A DNA stretch of 64,000 bases from NCBI GenBank assembly GCA_004431415.1, contig QPMI01000262.1:1-64000 (forward strand). Reading direction: 5' to 3'. A program made the position numbers and the translations under genes. The DNA is from Cyanophora paradoxa CCMP329 (lineage: Eukaryota > Plantae > Glaucophyta). The notes below the pieces were generated by a model that worked only from the letters and a program-made list of their open reading frames with translations, ran no database searches and was not told the origin of the DNA. This document shows, piece after piece, positions 58,801 through 64,000 of this stretch (positions are counted from its first letter, which is position 1; each line of letters begins with the position of its first letter).

Positions 58801-61800
58801 CGGGTGCATCAGCGGCCCCGGGCAGCCGCGGAGCAAGGACAAGAGCATCGCGAAGCAGCGTATGAACGCGCTGTACACGGCGGACGAGCGGGCGGTCATC
58901 CGCAAGTCGCACGAGAACCCCGCCGTCAAGCGCCTCTACGACGAGGTCCGGCCCCCGCCCCCGCCCCGCGCCCGCCCCGCCATTGCCCGCCGCCTCCGCT
59001 GAGGCCCTCTCTCTGGGGCAGTTCCTGGGGCAGCCCCTCTCCCACGTCCGCGCCCCCCGCCCCGCCCCTCGGTCGCGCCGGGGCCGACGGTGCGGGGCGC
59101 GCAGCTCTCGCACGAGCTGCTGCACGTGGAGCACTGGCCGCACCACAAGCGGCCCGAGGGCGCCGCCAACGGCCACGGCCACGGCGCCGAGGGGATGGAC
59201 AAGCACCAGCTCCAGGCGGGCACCGCGGGCCGCGCAGCCGTTGCGCCGGCTGACGGGGCGGCAGGCGAGCTTCGGGGCGCTGGAAAAGGGCCTCGAGGCG
59301 GGGGCGGCGGCGGCGGAGCCCGAGGTGGTCTACGGCGAGGGGGAGGCCCCCGAGCCAGTCGCCTGGGCCCTGCCCCCGCCCGCCGCGCGCGTCGTCTACG
59401 GCTCGGAGACGGGCAACGCGGAGACGCTGGCGCGGGTGGTGGCGAAGGAGCTGGCGGGGCGAGGCGTGGCGGTGAAGTGCTCGGAGGCGGACGAGCTGGA
59501 GATGGACGAGCTGCAGGGCGTGACGACGCTGCTCCTCGTCGTCTCGACGGCCGGGCAGGGCGAGCTCCCCGACAACTGCAAGGACTTCTACAGCGGCCTC
59601 AACCCCTCCAAGCACCCCAAGAACTGGCTCCGCAACCTCCACTACTCGGTGATGGGGATCGGGGACTCGAGCTACGCCTTCTTCAACCGGGCGGCGGTGA
59701 TGTTCGATGAGCGGCTCGCGCTGCTCGGGGCGCAGCGCTTCCGCGACCGCGGCGTCGGCGACGACCAGGACGAGGAGCGCTTCGAGACCGGCTTCGAGAA
59801 GTGGGCCCCCGGTGCGCCCGCCCCCGCCCCGGCCCGCTCCGGCGGGCCTCACCGCGGCTGCAGCGGTCTACAAGGCGCTCAAGCTGCCGCCCATGAAGGA
59901 GGACAGCACCGGTGCGCCCCGCCGCCACTCGCCCCGTGCCGCGCACTGACGGGGCGCCGACGGCAGTCGGCCCGCCCTCGCACAAGGTCATCCTCACGAC
60001 GGGCCCCAACGTCACCCGCAAGTTCGAGGCGCGCCCCGCCCCCCCGGCGCCCGCCGGCCGGCCGCCGGCCTGACGTGCGGGCGCGCAGGAGGGGTGGCGG
60101 CCGATCCTGGCGGACGGCTCGGCGCAGCTGATCCGCCTCGACTCGAACGTGCGCATCACGCCCGAGGGCTACGACCGCGACATCCGCCACCTCACCTTGT
60201 CCGCCGCCCGCCGCCCGCCGCCGCCTGCCGGACCCGCCGCGGGCGGGGCTGAGGGTGCGGGGCCCCCGGGGGCACAGCGAGGTGCGGGACGTGCCGGAGC
60301 AGCTGAAGTACACGGTGGGGGACGCCCTCGCCATCTTCCCCCGCAACGACCCGGGGGAGACGGCGGCCTTCCTCAAGTGGTTCGGCCTCGAGCCGACGGA
60401 CCTCGTCTCCTTCAAGGTCAACGAGAACTACAAGGGCGACGCCAAGCCGCGGCCCCCGCTGCCCCCGGGGACCACCCTCCTCGACTACGTCTGCGACTGC
60501 GTCGACCTCTTCGGCCGTCCCAACGCCCGCTTCTTCGCCGCCCTCGTCCGCCCCGCCCCGCCCCGCCCCGCCACCTCGAGGGCGCGCGCGACGCGGGGCG
60601 GGGCAGGCGAAGTTCGCGACGGACGTGCACCAGCGGGAGGAGCTGCTGGCGATGGCGGCCAAGTCGTGGCGCGGCACGGCGGCCTTCGCCGTCCTCCAGA
60701 AGGACGTCGGGCAGGTCACCTACGCCAGCCTCATGTCCAGCTACCCCTCGGCCCGCCCCTCCCTCGCCCAGCTCCTCGACCTCATCCCCCCCATCAAGCC
60801 CCGCTACTACTCGATTGCCTCGTCCCCGCACGTCGTGCCGGGCAAGCTCGAGCTCTCCGTCGTCATCGTCGACTGGGAGAAGCCGGACAAGAGTGTCGGC
60901 TACGGCACCTGCACCGGCTACCTCCGCCAGCTCGTCGACGGCCCGCACTGGGGTCCGCCACCGCCGGCCCCGGGCCCGCCCTGGGCCGACCGGGCCTGAC
61001 GCGGCGCCGCAGTTCCCGTGGCGCTCAAGCCCGGCGTCGGCATCTGCATGCCCCCGCACCCCAGCACGCCCATCGTCATGGCCGGCCTCGGCACCGGCCT
61101 CGCCCCCATGCGCGGTGCGCTCGCCGCTGCGGCGGCCTCCCCCTCGCCTCGCGGGGCGGGGGGCGAGCGGGGCCTGCTCGCTGGCGCAGCGATGGTGCAG
61201 GAGCGGTGGTGGCAGGTGGTGCACGGGAAGCGCGTCGGGCCCTCCGTCCTCTTCTTCGGCTGCCGCCACTCCAAGGCCCGCCCCGCCCCGCACCGCGGCC
61301 CCCCGCCCCCCCGCCCCCGCGCCCCTGAGGCCCCGCCCCGCAGGGCGACTACCTCTACTCCTCCAAGTGGTGCGCCCGCCGGCCGCGCGGGGCAGGGCGC
61401 GGGCGGCTGACGCGGGGGGCAGGGACGAGTACGTGCAGCAGGGCGCCCTCTCGCACCTCCGCGTCGCCTTCTCCCGCGACGGGCCCAAGAAGGCCCGCCC
61501 GCACGCCGCCTCCTCGCCGGCCCCGCTGCCCGCCTCGGGCCCCGCCCCTCACCCTCCCCCGCCCGCGCAGGTGTACATCCAGGACAAGATCGCGGCGGAG
61601 CCGGAGCTGCTGTACGACTGCTTCGTGAAGCGCGGGGGCTACTTCTTCTTCTGCGGGCCCGCGGGGCGCGTGCCGCAGGACATCCGCGCCGCCATCGAGA
61701 CCGCCATGTCCGAGGCGAGCCGCGCCCCGCGGGGCGCGCGCGGCGCCTCGCTGGGCTGACCCCGGGGCCCGGGGCGGGGCGGACGGGCAGGCGGGCAAGG

Positions 61801-61944
61801 AGGAGGGCTTCACCAAGGAGATGGCCTCCCAGTACATCGACAAGATGCGCCTCCAGGTGCGCCCCGCGCCCCGCAGCCCCCGCGGCACCCCGCCGAGGGC
61901 CCCGTCCCCCGCAGGGCCGCTACATCATCGAGGCCTGGTCGTAG
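55892..61944 (+). CDS. hydA: [FeFe]-hydrogenase fused to a diflavin (FMN/FAD/NADPH; CPR/CysJ-like) reductase, multi-exon
   Basis: H-domain: [36 protein letters not shown]|[23 protein letters not shown]|[25 protein letters not shown]. Reductase: [70 protein letters not shown]. Confidence 0.95.
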
Positions 61945-64000
61945 GCCGCGGCCGGCACCGGCCCCCGCCCTGCGGCCTCCAGGCCGCCGCTCGCTCCTTC
62001 GGGCAGCGGGCAGCTGCTCGTCAACGGTCGGCCTTCTCAAACTCTATATCTCTTTCTTTTTGGGATTGGGACAGTGCAGTTTATTTCGACGACTCAGCAC
62101 GCTCTGCTTCTCTATTCCTTTACTAGTTAGGCACATGCATAAGATTGATTTTAACTTGGATTTTGTTCCCTAGATTTTGTTTACTAGGATTGTGAAAATA
62201 GGTATGTCGCCGAGTCAGTCATAAATCAACTTAGTGTGATCATCGGATGTCAAGAGTGTACCGTAGTGCCGTAGTCTCAGAGTTGGGTTGCCGTAGTGCA
62301 TATCATTCGTAGTGCCGTAGTGCATATCATTCGCTAGGCCGGCGCCACCACTAGGCTAGGCCGCGATGTGCGGCGTGTACTGCGGCGGCGAGCGGGGCCA
62401 GCTGCAGATCTAGATGGAGGCGCCAGATATAGCGGCAGCGCCTGGGGAATGCGACGCGCTCGAGCGTTTCGCACACCGGGCGATGTGTGGCTGGATCCGG
62501 AGCAGGTGCCTTGTAACGCTGCCCCCCCCCCGGTTTTGGGCAGCCCCAAAACCGGCGCTGGCGCCGCGGCGGCAGCGCGGAGGACCCGAAGCGGTACACA
62601 GCGCAATCGTTGCTCTGTACCGCGCATGCATAACGCGACCAGAGCGCTAGCACCGCGGACTGCATGACGGAATCGCTGTCCCCCCCCTCCGCAAGCGGGC
62701 GCGCGGGACCTTGGCGCGCGGGCGCGCAGCGGGGATCCGCTAGCAAAAAGGACCTATGCGCGCCGATTCCCTAGCACTCGTGTAGCTGTCTTGCCGATCG
62801 CGCGCCGGGATCCGGAAGCCCGCGCCCGCAGTGGTCGAAAACCGATGGTAACGGGGCTAGACGCCACCACTTGCGAACTGCTCTATGTAAGGGTCTCTTT
62901 ATTTATGCCAGCTATCGTGTAGCGCGCTGCCCCCCTCGCCCCGCCATGCCACAACGTTAACACACACTCCCCAACCGAGTGGTGCAATTATCTTTCTAGT
63001 AGAATGCGCTCTTGTGTCCCTGATAGGTGCCACGGTGTCCGTAAAGTGTCAAGTCGAAAGATGAGCCTACTGGTTGCGCCGGGTAGGGAACCTATCAGCC
63101 ATCGGACGGGGTGGAGCTAATCAAGGAGACGTAAACTAAAGCAAAGCTAACCCAGAGCAGAGAGCTAACTACCTATACATCTAGCCTAGCGTAGGACTAG
63201 TCTCCAGGGAGGACTACCCAGGGGTCTACGAGAGGGAGGTAAATCAAAACACTGCTACTGCTAGTGCTGCCTGCCTAGGGACCGTCGGGACGTCCGGGGC
63301 TCGCGGGCTGTTCTACTGTACGGTAGGAAAGCCAGGACGGACCCGCGGTCTAATCTGCCTACTCTCGACGCGGCCGCGACTACAGCTAGCGCGGCGGGCT
63401 CCGCGTCGAGGGGGCCGCTCGCCCGAGGCGCGGGTGGAAGCACGTCGGCGTAGAGGGGCCGAGGGGAATGAGGCGAGGGGGGATGTTGCGGGAAAGAAGT
63501 GGGGCGGGATGGAGAAGGTCGGCGCCGGCCGGGGCGGGGAGGGGGAGGGTCAGACTTCTCGGTCAGCAGGGCTTCCAGCCTCGAACCAGCCGCCGCACCC
63601 CCGCCGCGGGCAATTGCGAGCCCCCCTCCGCGGCGGTCCTTCAACCCACGGTCCTGGCGCGATGGCCGGGGTATCTGGTGGGTGCAACGACCAGCCGAAG
63701 CCTTCCGCCAAGCCTTCCGGTCCATCGTTCCCTCCCTGTCGAGGCGCGAGGAGCGTGGGCGAGGTCGTGAGTGGGAGGCAGGGCCAAGAGAGCGAGCGGG
63801 AGAGCAGAGCGGGAGAAGGAGGCAAGGCAGGCGCTCGCTTCGGCGGGGGGGCCCAGCGAGTCGGTCGGGGCGGCTATATCTAGTGTGTGCGAGGCTAAGA
63901 GTAGATCAGGGAAGTTTCTCGAGTAGGTAGGTGGTGTCGAGAGTCTCCTCCCGACGTAGGCCCCCCCCCCCCCCTTTCGCGCGACTCGGGGTACCGTTTA

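Noticed and set aside
57338-59150. Nar1/NARF (cytosolic Fe-S assembly) instead of a true hydrogenase
   Set aside because: TSCC, MPCxxKKxE, ExMxCxxGC, APAV and ADxTIxEE are present as in catalytic enzymes. Nar1 has degenerate motifs and an N-terminal Cys cluster.
63020-63100. Hammerhead ribozyme
   Set aside because: CTGATAG does not match the CUGANGA core, and I could not build the three stems.

Overview
Intron-dense, very GC-rich eukaryotic nuclear DNA, most likely from a glaucophyte alga such as Cyanophora. That is an inference from a spliced phycobilisome rod-core linker gene and three MAF-type plastid transit peptides. Host genes: class I aldolase, P4-ATPase flippase, DUF6816-like lumenal protein, SUT/SLC45 transporter, class 3 lipase, multi-CUB protein, a hypothetical protein, carotenoid isomerase, PPP1R42-like LRR protein, histidine phosphatase, SGNH hydrolase, DUF4379-repeat protein and cpcG. 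Two things stand out. (1) An 11.4-kb AT-rich, intronless endogenous DNA virus (32275-43643) with 175-bp TIRs and a 6-bp TSD. It encodes an A32 packaging ATPase, a major capsid protein with Nucleocytoviricota-like motifs, a penton, a Maverick-type protein-primed PolB and an rve integrase, but no adenain protease. (2) A single gene (55892-61944) fusing an [FeFe]-hydrogenase H-cluster domain, with no accessory Fe-S domains, to a complete FMN/FAD/NADPH diflavin reductase. A transposon-rich zone (21-32 kb) and position 2.5-4.2 kb hold four copies of a non-autonomous Helentron/DINE-1-like element. The zone also has a hAT element and a TA-TSD MITE. Host CDS coordinates are gene spans including introns; exon structures were read by eye. 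Most long ORFs in the supplied track are GC-rich artefacts.
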